Shown piece after piece: positions 40,390 through 54,900 of a stretch of DNA of 64,000 bases; position 1 is the stretch's first letter, and each line of letters starts with the position of its first letter. The notes under the pieces were generated by a model, which was not told the origin of the DNA, made no database searches, and was given only the letters and a program-made list of their open reading frames with translations. The stretch is taken from the NCBI GenBank assembly GCA_951406725.2, contig OX597825.1, positions 48,484,001 to 48,548,000 on the forward strand, written 5' to 3'. The translations under genes and the position numbers were made by a program. This DNA is from Octopus vulgaris (taxonomy: Eukaryota).

Positions 40390-40606
40390 TTACAAAATGT
40401 GACACATAGCGAACCAGCTAGACACCCCTGGTGATGGATCAGAGGTTTGTTCTTCCTGTTGTAGTTGTTCACTAGAATTCTCGCTAATCTCATCTTCACA
40501 TTCATCACATTCATCAGAGAAATCAGACTCATTATCAGAAAACTGGCCAGACATGGTCAACTTTGGTAGGTACCACACTGATACAACACTCAAGTCACTG
40601 GGAATC
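40390..40606 (-). CDS. WD40 gene terminal exon (KIPSDLSVVSVWYLPK...acidic tract...WFAMCHIL*)
   Basis: ttattcttttag| acceptor; 217 nt to TAA in the required phase. Confidence 0.87.
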
Positions 40607-40646
40607 CTAAAAGAATAATAAACAATAGCATAAGATTACAGAAATC

Positions 40647-40677
<31 letters not shown>

Positions 40678-40708
40678 GTGTGTGAGAAGGAAAGAAAGAG
40701 AGAGAGAA

Positions 40709-40741
<33 letters not shown>

Positions 40742-42343
40742 AAGAGAAGAGAATGTGTGTGTGAGAGAGAAAAAGTATGTGTGAGAGAGAAAGAGTATGT
40801 GTGAGTGAGTGTATATGAATATGTATTTGTCTATGTATGTGGGACACAGACTGTGTGTGTGTGTGTGTGTGTGTGTGTGAGCGTGTAGGTGTGTGTATGA
40901 GAATGAGTGTGACTGTGTGTGAGTATATGTGTATTTATGAGTGGAAGTAGAAAGATTCAGTTAAATAAGAGACTAGTAGTTTACAGTTCGGCTGATGACT
41001 TTATTCTTCCTCAACCCAGCTCACAATCAGAAATAAGTAACAGCTCATAAGTGAATGTCAGTTATAGCAGACTACTTTCCTATCCAGGAGGACAGTCTAA
41101 AGCTCCTTTACTAAATGCTTGGTTGTGGTTGTTAGAGGGTATTATTAGATAACAGGGGAAAACTGCATGGTTGTTTCATAGTAACATGGATGGTCAAATG
41201 GGTTGGGTAGTAGACACCTAACAAAAAGATGGAGCAGAGAAGACTCAAATAATGTATGGAGTAGTGGACACCTAAAGAGTGGACTGATCTTTATGTCTTA
41301 TTACAATTCTCTGTTGTACCTTTTGACAAAATATTGAATATTCAATTGATATGCCCACCTTGTTGTAACTGATGTGCAGTCCATTTAACTGTATGTAGTA
41401 CATAGGTGCTAGTGTGCATGCACGCACACATACACACACCGGCACAAGCATGGCTGTGTGATAAGAAGCTTGCTTCTACACCACAAGGTTCCAGGTTCAG
41501 TCCCACTTGGGCGAGTGTCTTCTATAGCCTTGCACTGACCAAAGCCTTGTGAGTGATTTGGTAGACAGAAACTTAAAGAAGCCCATTGCATATATGTATA
41601 TATAAGTATATATCTATGTGTGTGTGTCTTTGTGTCTGTGTTTGTCCTTTCATCACTGCTTGAAAACCGGTTTTGGTCTGTTTACATCCCCATAACTTAA
41701 TAGTTTAGCAAAAGAGACTGATAGAATAAGTACAAGGCTTAAAAAATAAGTCCTGGGGTCATTTGTTTGACTAAAACCTTTCAAAGCAGTGCTCCAGCAT
41801 GGCCGCAGTCAAATGACTGAAACAAGTAAAAGAATAATATATATATATATATATATATATCTTTCATCTTTTATCTCATACTAGTTTTGGTTATTAGACT
41901 GTGGCCATTCTGTGGCACTACTTTGAAGGACTTTTAGTTGAACAAATCAACCCCAGACCTATTCATATTTATTAAAATCTGGTACTTATTATATTGGTCT
42001 ATTTTGACAAACTACTAAGTTACAGGGACATAAACAAATGGTCCCCTAGTTGTCAAAAAGTAGTGGGCACACAAACATACATATGTGTGTCTGCATGTGT
42101 GCAATAGCAAATCTATATGATCATCATTTTGCTATCACACTTTTGCATTCTGGCACAGGTTGGACACATTCACAATAAATCATTATATAAAGAATTGAAA
42201 TATTTGTAAATAAATATTGTAATTATCATAATCATTTATGCATGTGTTGCTGCATTGGTTGTGTTGGCGGATGTGTTGTGAGAGTAGTAATGATAGTGGT
42301 AGTGGTGACAGTGACAATGGTGGAGCTTATAGAGGGAAAGGTG

Positions 42344-42377
<34 letters not shown>

Positions 42378-42835
42378 CACACTTGGAGGATGCCAGTTGT
42401 TTCCAAACTTTCAGTTCATATCCACCTGTGGATAAAAGTAAATTTCCAGTGGAGATTGAACCTCTACACCATGTAATACACTTGATCTGATTGGTGGCTT
42501 CATCATTCAGCGTGCCCAGGTAGTCTTCACCAGGAAGTGAATGCACTGTAAAGGATAAAAAGTCAAATATTTAGAAAGATTATGTCTTTCAGTAGTTAAG
42601 GTATCTCTCTCTCCCTCCCTGCAAAGGTGCTGGTGCCATGTAAAAAACACCCAGTACACTCTATAAAGTGGTTGGCATTAGGAGGGGCGTCCAGCCATAG
42701 ATATCAAGCCAAATCAGAATGGATCATGGTGCAGCTCTGCTCAAACCATTCAACCCATGCCAGCATGGAAAATGGACATTAAATAATGATGTTTTAGCAT
42801 GGTTTCTACAGCTTAATAGCAGCCACTTTACAGAG

Positions 42836-42931
<96 letters not shown>

Positions 42932-45900
42932 GCACACACACACGGGTTTGTGTGTGTGTGTTTCATGAATATCTAGTTACTCCACACATATATACAAAAG
43001 AAAAACAACAGTAACAATATGCATTACTTATTAATAGTAATTATCACAACAACTAGAACAGTGCAAGCAATGAGACTAAAGTGAATTCCTGTTTTGACAC
43101 TCCCATCATGAATTTCCCTCCTTGGTCATCTCCAAATATCTCTGTCTCATATTTTTGGTCTTATGTCAATGAAAGTTGGTTGAAATGGTGGTCACCTCTC
43201 ACTTAGGTCTGCAATAGTCCCGAATTACAGAATTTGTGAGAGGTAGGAGAGAAATATAGTGTTAGGGAGATAATTGGTCCGGTATTCGATCATAATTCAC
43301 TGCGTTAAAGTGATATAATAAAGGGCCACAAAGCTTTGTTGATTTGCTAAAAATGTTGAGGATTCCCCAATTCAAAGTATTAAATTAGTCAAAAGTAAGT
43401 TGCAATAGTAACTGATGAAGAACCACTGCTGTCTTTCATGATGTTGGAATAGCTACTGTTCTGTAAGCTTGTGTTTAAAGATAAAATGTGGACAGACAAA
43501 CTGTTTCAAGAACTGGCACTTTTGGAGTGGGGAAGAATTGGGGTAAAAGCCTCTCCTGTTTATGAAGGTATTCTAGTGTTGGTAAGTCGAAAAGAGTAGA
43601 ATTAAATGCAACAATGATACAACAAAGAGATATGATGCCACTCTACAATTGCTACCTGCCCAGCCAAGTTACTATTTAGTACACCACCTAGCAATTTTTG
43701 TCAAACTGAAGCAGAATTAGTAGCAAGAAATAGTTTCTTATAAAAAACATACAAGACCACAGATCAGAGACATAGTTGATTGAGAGAAACCCAAATACAG
43801 GGGTGAAGGGGACGTTACAAAGTGAGTTAACCCTTGAAGGTGAAGTGTGTGTAACAAATGGAATAAACTTCCAATATACTGAAGATGAAGTAGGCATAAC
43901 AGATAGAATTAACCTTCAATAAACTGAAGGTGAAGGCACATAAGAGACGGAATTAATTCTCAATATATTGAAGTTGAAGGTCAGTGGGGGGAGGGGGAGC
44001 ATCACAAATGGAATTAAAAGGTGAAAAGACAAAAAAGATTGAGTTAACCCCAATGATGAGGACCATAGTTAATGAAATTAACATCTCATATTGTTATATT
44101 TAAAACAACAGCAAGGAAGGGGATGATGGATCAGAAATTCAGCATATGAAGGGAAATAACTCAAAGACACCAATTAACTATGAATAATATTAATTAACTA
44201 TAATGTTTCTAGCATAGATACAAATTTTTAAATTTGGATGAGGGGACAGTCAATTATATCAACCCCAGTATGTGACAGATACTTTATTTTATCTATCCCA
44301 AAAGGATTAAAGGCAAAGTTGATCTCAGATGGATTTGAGCTCACAATATAAAGGGCTGGAAGAAATACTGCAAGGTGTTTTAACTGATCAATAATGATTT
44401 GGTTAATCCAACACCCATAATAATAGTAACCCTCTCTATTATAGACAAAAGGCCTGAAATTTTGAGGAAGGGAGATAGTCAATTACAACGACCCCAGTGC
44501 ATGACTGGTACTTATTTCAGTGACCCTGAAATGATGAAAGGCAGGAGTCAACACAAGCAGAATTTGAACCCAGAACATAAAAACAGATGGAATACTGTTA
44601 AGCATGCTAGTGATTCTATCATCTTGCTGCCTTGATAATAATAATAATAATAATAATAATAATATGCCCATTTTTCCATGCTTGGAAGGATTAGACAAGT
44701 TCTCTTCACCACAGCATCTTACCACTCATTATAGCCCTTCGTCTTCTCCTTCATGAGGTTTAGCATCTTGAGTTTACCCACCACCACTTCATCCCATGCC
44801 CTCCTAAGTTTTCTTCTAATGAAAGTTCCTTCAACTTGGATATCCTGGCTCTTTCTTCATCCAGCTATCATCCTCTTGTTCAGTCTTCACCACAGCACAT
44901 GCTTTTCTTTTTCCTCTTATACTCAGTTTTTTTTCTTTCAACTCATTTGTGCTCTCTCAAACTAAAATATTGCCGTGTTAATATATTGTAGATAACATCA
45001 ACCTTAGCATATAACTGACAGACCACACAGAAACTGAAAGAAAGAATGTAACTGATATTGAAAACTACTGCAAACACTGACTGTAGATCTGGTTCCAGAT
45101 ACAATCCCATTATGCTGAGTCAATGTCTTTAATTGTAGCTCCATGATTTTACCAATGCCTCATCAAAGAAATTTAATAGATGAAAACTGTGCAGAAGCCT
45201 ATCATGTATGTAAATAGTGTGCAGCCTTAAAATTTCCAGGATGGTGTCCAACATTCTTTAACACCATCAGGAATGAGGTGCCATTCCTTTGGTTTCTCTA
45301 TGGAAATGTTACTTTGAAATAAAACCCAGTCTGCAAGGAATATTTTGTACCCCTTTTTTTTTTATATCTTTGGCCCCAGCTAAAGATCATGAAGGTCTCA
45401 CACTCCTGAGCCATTTTTCCCAATAGATATCTTACCTCAGCTTGTCTCATAGTTGCACCAATAGAAAGGTGAAAGTGGGGTTCAATATTGTGTAAACCTT
45501 ACTGGATTTAAACCTCTGCAACTCCTACATAGCCTTTGATGACTTTCCTTCCCACTTTTTTTTTGTTATTTAATTGTTTTTAAATGGGGTGGTGGCAGCA
45601 GGAACACACAGTCACTGACCTGCATGTAAGCAGTCTACATGTTCAGTGATGAGAAGGTCTATCTATGATATGAATGAATAACCATTGTGTGTGTGTGTGT
45701 GTGTACGTGTGCGTGTGTCTGTGTGCATGTACATGTGTGTATACAATGGCATAAAAGATGTACAGGCATATTAGATGTCCTCAAATTTCAGGAGTGCAGA
45801 TTCAGGAAAAAATGCTTTTAGTGCATTAAAACATGTAATATTTAATACAGTCTAGCAGTACATAAGAAAACATTACAGAAGTATCTTAGCTTTAGCAGAA

Positions 45901-48900
45901 AACAGTGTTGTATATAAAAAGTAAGTTGGCAGTAAAGCTGAATATAAAGCAAGAAATTATGAGAGTGAAAATATTCTTCATGATTATAGTAATAAAACAT
46001 GTAAGACAATTAATTCATTAGCATATCGAAATATTAGGTTGGTGTAAAGGCAATGGCCAATTTTTTAGAAAAGTTTTAGATAATATTTTTTTAAATTGTG
46101 CCTTTTGCAGTGCATTAAGAATGTCACAATGAGTGATTTATACATTTTTCTTTCAGATTCTCATTGTATTGGCCATAATCTTCTGCTCTATTCACACTCA
46201 TGTTCATCCCATCTAAAGACCACAATGCAAGCACAGAGAGTTTATGGGGATGATGTAATGAGTGATAGAAGTTGCAGGTGATGGCTTTCTCATTTCAGAA
46301 GTGGGGATTTGAGTTTGAAAGAAGAGCCAAAAGAAGGTCGCTCAAAAGAACTTGATTCCAAAGAGTTCAAGGCTGTTGTCACACAAAATCCAACCACTTT
46401 TTGTACAGAATTTGCAAAACAGTTGAACAACCCATACAACTGAAAAGGATTGGACAGGTTTCAGTGGTTGGAAAATGGGTCCTGCACGAACTGTCTACTG
46501 AGAATCTGCAACAGTGTGTTGTTTATTGTCAGTCATTGCTATCATGGCATCTTAAGGAACCATTTTTAAGAAGGCTTGCTACAGGTGATGAGAAGTGGAC
46601 CCTTTACCATAATGTTAAATGCTGCCAAGTGTGGATCAGTTGAGGAGGAAGACCTGTTCAACAACCAAGAGGAGAACTTGAGTGTATGGGGGGATATTGA
46701 AGGAATTGTCCATTACAAACTGTTAGACAACGATCAAATAATTACTACTAATCTCTACTGTAATCAACTTCATTGTTTGAAAGCTGCTTTGAACGGAAAG
46801 CGACCCTGCTTAGTCAACAGAAAGGGTATCACCTTCCACCATAATAATGCTCGACCTCACACAGCTTGACTGACCAAAGATCTTTTAGAAGAGCTTGGTT
46901 GGGAAATATTGCTCCATACTCCATATTCTCCAGACCTTACCCCTTCTGATTATCACTTGTTTCGGGGACTACAGAACCATGTGAATGGTCTTAAGTTGAT
47001 ATCAAGTGAATAGGTTGAAAAATGAGTTGGATTTGTATTTCGCATCAAAACTTAAACAATTTTACAAGTGTGGCATCTATAAGCTTGTTGACAGATAGAA
47101 TGAAGTTCTAGAAAGCAATGTTAATGAATAGATATTGTCTTAATCATGGACTTTTTCATTTTTAATACAGATCTTAAACTGGGCCATTACCTTTGCACCA
47201 ACCTGATACATAGGCTTTGAAGTTAGAGCCAACTGGTTAAAAGTTCAGTTTTCCCTACTGTATAAAGCAAGGTAGATAACTCTCAGGTTGAAAAGTTTTG
47301 CCGCTTCTAATTTCAGAGTTAAGTAGTAGGAAGCGGCATGATCCAGCTGGGAGAAGATCCACTTGTCCATACGTGCATAACAAAATAAACATTGAAATTG
47401 TTGTGCATACTTGTATATATACAGAGATGTATCCTTAGGCATATGTATGGATGTGTGTGCATGTCTGTCAGAAACGTTCCTGTTGCGTCCCTTTTTAAGT
47501 GTGATCTAAGGAAGATTTAGATACTATCTGCAGCAGTTCAAGCAACCACAAAAGGGATCAGTCTTTGGCTCACAATTAATTGAATTAGTGCAGAAAGTGG
47601 AATTAAATGTGATTGGTGTTGGCTAAAAATTATTTTAATCATTTTATATAATTCCATTTAAATATGTCAATCAGGAAATTACATGTTAATAGATGATGAT
47701 GATGATAATAATGGTAAATAATGTTTATTATTATTATTCTTTTTAACTCGGGTTTTGCTGGAAATCCTAGAGTTTTGCTTGCGTAGTGGGCTTGCTACCT
47801 TCAGTCTACGGTACCAAGCTAATTGTTCTCTTCAAATATCAAATACTTTCCTGGTTACCCAGGCCATACCAAGGAGGCAAACCTTTTCTAACAGTTCTAC
47901 TGGGCACTCTAGTCCAATTTCCTTTATATTCCTCTTGATGCCTTCTGATACTATCTCCAAAGGCCCAACGATAATTGGCACTATCTTCACCTTCTTCAAT
48001 TTCCAAAGCCAGCTTATTTTATACTGAAGAGGATTGTATATGCCAATATACTGTTTTTTTTTTTGCCTTCTTTTTGACTATTCATGGGTCAAAGGGGCAT
48101 GCAATGTCAGTTATATAGCACATGTACACCTTGTCCATCACCACTAAGTCCAGTTTGTTACGCTCTAACACCTGATCTGTTTGGATAGGGAAATCCTATA
48201 GGATTTTATTATTATGATAATAAAGAATGTAGTCAACAGAAACAGAATATGAATATACACACCATTGATGTATGCAAGGCCTTTATCAAGGTCATATGCA
48301 GAAGAATACAGGGTGTCTTGATGACAGAAGATGGCATCGGTGACTCCAAATTTCTCTGTATGGTTCAAGAGTTTTGAAACGATTGCTAGAAAAGAAGACA
48401 TCAAGTTTAAATAAAATTTTTATGACAATTCTGGAGAGAATTACATAGAGAATTATATATATTCTGTAGAGAATTATAAGGTATAAAAGAAAATAGGGAC
48501 TGATTCTGTTTGGATGGGAGAGGAGTGGTCAGGTTGTATGATAGACTGTTTCACTGGTGCATAGTTGACTGTTGTTTTAGACCTAGAATATTACTGGTAC
48601 ATTTATTTAGCCATTACAGATATATGAAAAATAAAATTAACACTGACTGAATTTCACGTCAGATATGTAAAGAAGGATGAGGTGGGGATGACATGGGAGA
48701 GGAAAGAAAACATTGACAGAAGGGTGCACGCACACTCACACACACACACACAATCTGCTTACATATACACAATATCAAGATCAAATAACAGAATGTATTA
48801 GACACACAGTTCATAAGTTATGATGATGATGATGATAATGGCTACTAACTCACCTTTTTTCCAGTCAACAACCTTAATATTGATGCCATCGTCTCCATAG

Positions 48901-51900
48901 AAAATTTTGTCATTGACCACAAAGAAAGATCTAATGTTTCGCTGACAGACAGGAGTGAAGTTGGCCAAACGAAGGTCACTTGATTCATACATACATCGCA
49001 ATTTCTTCTTCTGCCATTGATGGACTTTAATTATTCCTTCTGATGAACAACTATAAATGTAATTATTACACACCTGTAATAATTAAAACAGTATTCAATA
49101 AATTGTTAATTAACTATGGTCTGATATACTTCAAATATTCCTTAGCATGAACACATATAAATGTAATTATTACACACCTGTAATGATTTAAAATTTTGAC
49201 ACAAGGCCAGCAATTTTGGGGAGGGGTAAGTCAATTACATCAACCCTGTTGTTCAACTGGAATTTATTTTATTGACCTTGGCAGAATTGGAACACAAGAA
49301 TATAAAGATGGACGAAATGCCACTAAGCATTTTGCCTGGCATGTTAACAATTCTGCCAGCTCACTGTGTTACACACCTGTAATAATGACAAACCTGTAAT
49401 TATTATCTGTATTATTACACATATGTAATAAATTAATATTTCATAATTATGTTGTTAACAAAGATTTGATGTACTTTAATTATTCCTCCTGATGAATAAC
49501 TATAAATGTAATTATTAGAGACCTGTAATATATTAACTGTTTCATAATTACTTCATTAATTAACAAGGGTCTGATGGTTCTATTCCTGTAGCTTGTCAGA
49601 GGACATAGAATCTATCCTCTGGATTAAATCACTGAATTAAAGGTTTTCATTTATGGATTGGTATGGAGGAAGAGGCCTGTTGCCATGACAGCTGTGAGAC
49701 ACAGTGATATGGATGTGGTTAATGCTTGTGTTGAAGTTTTGCAGATTGACATTTGTACGAATAAAACATAGGCAGGGAGGAAATTCCAAAGAAATGATGT
49801 CTTGGAGAGAAAGAGCTGGACACAGCGATATTGTGATGTCTGGAGGGTTGGACAAAATACAGGTGATGATGAATGAATCAGAAGTGGTTGAGTAAAGGTG
49901 ACACAAGACTAGCCAGTCCCAAGATCATTGTAGAATCACTAGAAAAGAAAGAGAGAGGACACAGTATCTTTGTAGGTTGGCGTAACTAATAAAAAGTTAC
50001 CAATCCCAAAGTGAAGGTCGACCTGTACATTATTTTGGTACTTACTTAGAGCTAGATGGACTGTGGTAACTACTTAGATGAACTGTACCTTATTGTTGTA
50101 CCTATTTACAGTTAGGTGGACCGTATCTTATTGTGGTACTTACTTACAGCTAAGTAAACTGTACCTACTGTATCTCACAGTGGTACCCACTTACGATTAG
50201 GTAGAATGGTTATTGACAGTCAAGGGTCTTGGCTTTGGATACGATATCAATTTCCAACTAATTCTTTAGTATCATCAATTTATGACAGATTATTCAATAC
50301 TCTCTACAATCACTTCATCAATAGTTATCCAGAACCCTATCTATTTGGTTATCTACATTCTTCAGCAGGTATTTAAGCAGCTGGTGGCTCTTCTAAGACT
50401 AAACTTTCACCAGCTTGTTTTTCTTCTTACCACTGGATACATTGTACCATCTGGTTAAACACCACAGCTGCCCCACAGTTACCTTTAGAGTTCATTCTGT
50501 TGCAAGCATTAGGATTATGTTCTGAGTAAAGCACTACTGTGTAACCAGCAACACACCAACACTCTATGTCTCTCTCTCTCTTTCAAGAAGTCAAAATCTA
50601 AAACTAACTCTGCCGGACATACTCCTTCCTCTTTAAAATCCATTATTCAACCCTTTCCCTCCACCTACCAACACACAAAACACAGTTCCTATTCCTCTCC
50701 TGATCTTTTCTCTAATTAGTAAATTAGCATTAATTCTCTCCAGATCCACTTGCTAATTACTGATTCTATTCATAAGATCTGCCAACTGTCTCAAGCAATC
50801 AAAACAAACAACAGATACTACTATATATTGTCACTGACAATTTATAATATATATGGCAACGGTAAATTCTGTAATCAATTGAGCTATATAAAAAGGGTCA
50901 CAATGGAATATCTTATGTTTATGTAATATATATTTGTATTTCAACATCATGACATAGCTGATGATGTAAATATACCAGTAAAAAGTTAAAAAAACTCAAA
51001 AACTAACCTGAAGTCCTGTAACTGATTCCTCATATATACGGAGGGAATAGAGGTTATCTGTTGTGGTCACACTCCATAATTCAAGTTTCCCACCATCTAG
51101 TATGAAAATAGCATAATTTAAAATAGATTTTCGATTTAATATGTTCAGTATGATATCATTGTTATGGTAATATTGTGGAGTTACAATTGTCTGTGACTAC
51201 GGCATTATTTCAATAGACATAGAAGGACGAGACAGTGATGTTGTAATGAATAACAATAAATTTCTACTCATTGACAGAGGTTTAGCTGCAATGCTTTGTT
51301 GTGGTAACAAGAATGAAACATTTTTTAGGATCCCAGAAGAACCAAATAATGGATTTGTTTTATCAAAAACAGATTCAATAATATGAAAATGTTATGATAA
51401 AGACCATAGAAATTGAGGAAATTAATTTCAGTAAATGTTTTAGAAAAACAACATCAATTTGACTCAGAAATAAATTTAAAATTACTGTAAGGGTCAGATT
51501 CTTACCTTAACATCAAAGTCCAACTGAATGAATTCAGAAAGAATTCTCTGAGATTATACTGGTCATCTCATAGCGTGACTTTGGTAAAAATGAAACTCAG
51601 AGGACAGAGAAGATGCTATGATTCAAATAGGACTCATAGATTACATGTAATCATCTGAGCTTTGCATTAATGCAGTGTAATATTTTTAATTTGATGATAT
51701 AAAGTTTATGAATGTATCCAATTTATTCAACAGATTGAAATAACTTTTAAATATCAGATGATTTGGGGATAAAGAAAGAAAGATGGCTGACTTTATAGAG
51801 CATAGCAATTGAATTTTAGCAAAAATTGTTGTTTAGGGAAAATAAGATGTGTCTTAAAAAAATGACTGGTGTGGATTATAAAATATGTAAAGGGACATGA

Positions 51901-54900
51901 AATATATTTTGATGTATTATCACAAATAAGAATTTATGATATTTGATAGAATACAAAATGAATGGATATATTAGACCCACCAGTTTCAGCAGCAGCTATT
52001 CATTAAAATAGGTTTTGAAACAAAATTAGCTTACGGGAAGCCCAACTTCACTTATAGGATCAGGGGTGATTATTCCAAGACATTTTTTTAGAAATAAAAT
52101 ATCTTGTATGCCATTGAATATGGTACTAATAATGTTGGTTTGAATGAATGTGATAATGACAATGATGATGATAGTGATGATGATGACTGAGGTGGTGATG
52201 ATAATAATTTTTTCTCTTCTATCAGGTAGAAACTGATGTAAAAATGGTTGGAAGACTGTGAAAGGTAGAAGAGTGTTGAGATGTGGAAGAGTATGTGTAA
52301 AGGAAGATCAAACACAACAGAAGCCTTAGTAACTTACCAGAAGCTGTAATAATAATTTCTTCTTCACAGACATAGACTAGTTTTGTGATGGGATTATAGG
52401 TATAGATGGATTTCACCACATGACCTGGCAGATAATGATATATTACATTTCATTACATTGAAATAGAACTGTGGGCAGGTAGAGTTAAGAACTTCATTCA
52501 AAGATTTTGTACATTGTTAAAATAAGTAAGAATCAAAGTTTATTTTTTTACAAATACTTTACTGCCATGTGTTTTACAAACAACATTCATTTACAATAGC
52601 AATATTCCTTGTAAGGTTGGAACAACATCTGTGAATAGAAACCTTAAAAAAATATCTCACAACAGAGACATGTTATTATAAACAAAAAACAAAGGCATGA
52701 TAGTTACACACACATACACACAAAGATACACTTATATATATATATACATATGTACTTGCCCTGGTCACTTTCACAATATATTTACATTTGTATCTTTACT
52801 TATATTTTTAGTTTCCTTCTGATATAGGCAAAACACAAAGCCTGACAGACATAAAATGCAAAAGCACACTTTGGATGCAAAGTTTGAGGAAGAGATACTC
52901 AAAATATTTAAAATTGGAAATATTACATAAAATTGTTCACCTGGAACTTTTGCACTGAAAGCAGAGTTGGCACAGAAACAATTATAACTGATCATTAAAG
53001 ATGTGATAAAATATCTATTTTTTGTCTTATTTGGATTATATTTTGCTCTTTACTAAACCCACACAACAGTTTTACAGTTTTGATATTTGGATTTTCTACA
53101 GCTGAAGAATTTCAGTCTTATTTAAAGACTAGAATCAGACAGAGTAGACAGCCTAACGCTTTGGATGAGTACCGTGTTGGAAATAACCTAACTTTCTACC
53201 CTTCCAGGACCTTATGAATATACATACATACACAAACACGTATGTATGTATGTATGTATGTATGTAAACAAAAAAACAAAAAAAAAATGACATTAGCTGT
53301 AAGTGGAATGGAAATTAGTGAATTTAGATATTGCATACATCTATTGGCCTCTAATTTAGAAGTAGAACTTACTGAGTTCTGTTGTGTCTGGGGAGAGTCA
53401 TTTTCTTTTTGTGCCTTATAATTTAACACACTCACCGGTAAATTATAAGGCACAAAAAAAGAAAGACTCTCCCCAGACACAACAGAATATGCTTCAACAC
53501 ATGAACTCACATAAAGAACTTGCAAACCAAATCTCAAAACGAAATATTACTAAGTGAGGTCACCTGAATATTTCTTTTTATAAATGAAGTTTTAATTTAC
53601 TTGTTGCTTCTTTGTCCTAATTGTGTTATGCAAATTTTCAAATATGTGGTTCAATATATGGAAAATATTAAACAGAAAACCAAGATACTTGTGCATGAGG
53701 ACAAAAGTGGTAACTTGCACCACTTGGACTATAATGTATACCACATAGAAAAGAAATCCTGAAAAACTATAGGCATAGGAGTGGCTGTGTGGAACTACAT
53801 AGTTCCAGGTTCAGTACCACTGTGTGGCACCTTGAGCAAGTGTCTTCTACTACAGTCTCACACCGACCAAAGGCATGTGAGCAAATTTGGTAGATGGAAA
53901 CTGAAAGAAGCTCATTGTATATTATGTCTGATGTAAACAAACAAGTTTGTTTTCGAAGCATTGAATATATTGTAGAACAAGTAGAAAGATAAATTTTAAT
54001 CAATGCATAGATACTGAATAGAATATAAATACAGGATAAAATCCGTTTTTTTCTTTGAAAAGTAGAAAATAATAAAAAAGGATTTTATCCTTATTTATAT
54101 ACTATTCAGTATCTATGCATTGATTAAAATTTATCTTTCTACTTGTTCTGAGACCAATAGAATAAGTACAAGGCTTACAAAGAATAAGTCCTGGGGTTGA
54201 TTTGTTTGACTAAAGGTGGTGCTCCAGCATGGTCACCAATATTAGTGATGAAAAGAAAATTGAATTCATTTAATTAGATATTAGATATTTCTAACTATTA
54301 TGCCTCTATTAATCCCATCCTCCTCAACAAAGCGCTATTATTTGCTATGAAAACTTTCAATCTATCCAAAGAGAAACTATATATTATCTTAATAGCTAGA
54401 AAATCCATTACTGAATTTCAGAGAAAGTACCAGGTAAGAAAGGACAGACCAGATATGTTCAACCATTACCATGGGATCCAGTGATTCCACCCAGGTAACT
54501 AACCTAGAGGTGTATATATCCTATTCTGTATATATAGGGAAGTTCTGATGATGTGAAGAAGACTATATAAGGATGACAATCTATTCACATTACATAAATC
54601 TAACAATAGTAAATTAGAAAGAATAAAAGTAAAAGATATTTAGATGTTTTAAAGAGTCTAGGTTTATTTACTTTCATAGAAGAACACTATGATGTCACCT
54701 TGGAATAACTAAATACTTCAAATATATAAATTTCAACAGTAATCATCCCCAAAATATCAATGACTCTATAGTTAATAACATTATGACTTACATCTCCGGA
54801 CTTTCAGCAAATGAGAGCTTTAGAAAAAAATGAAAATGAAAATAATGCACTGGCTGAGGCAGAATATAGGAATGGGTTACTATATTGCCTTGCAAATACA

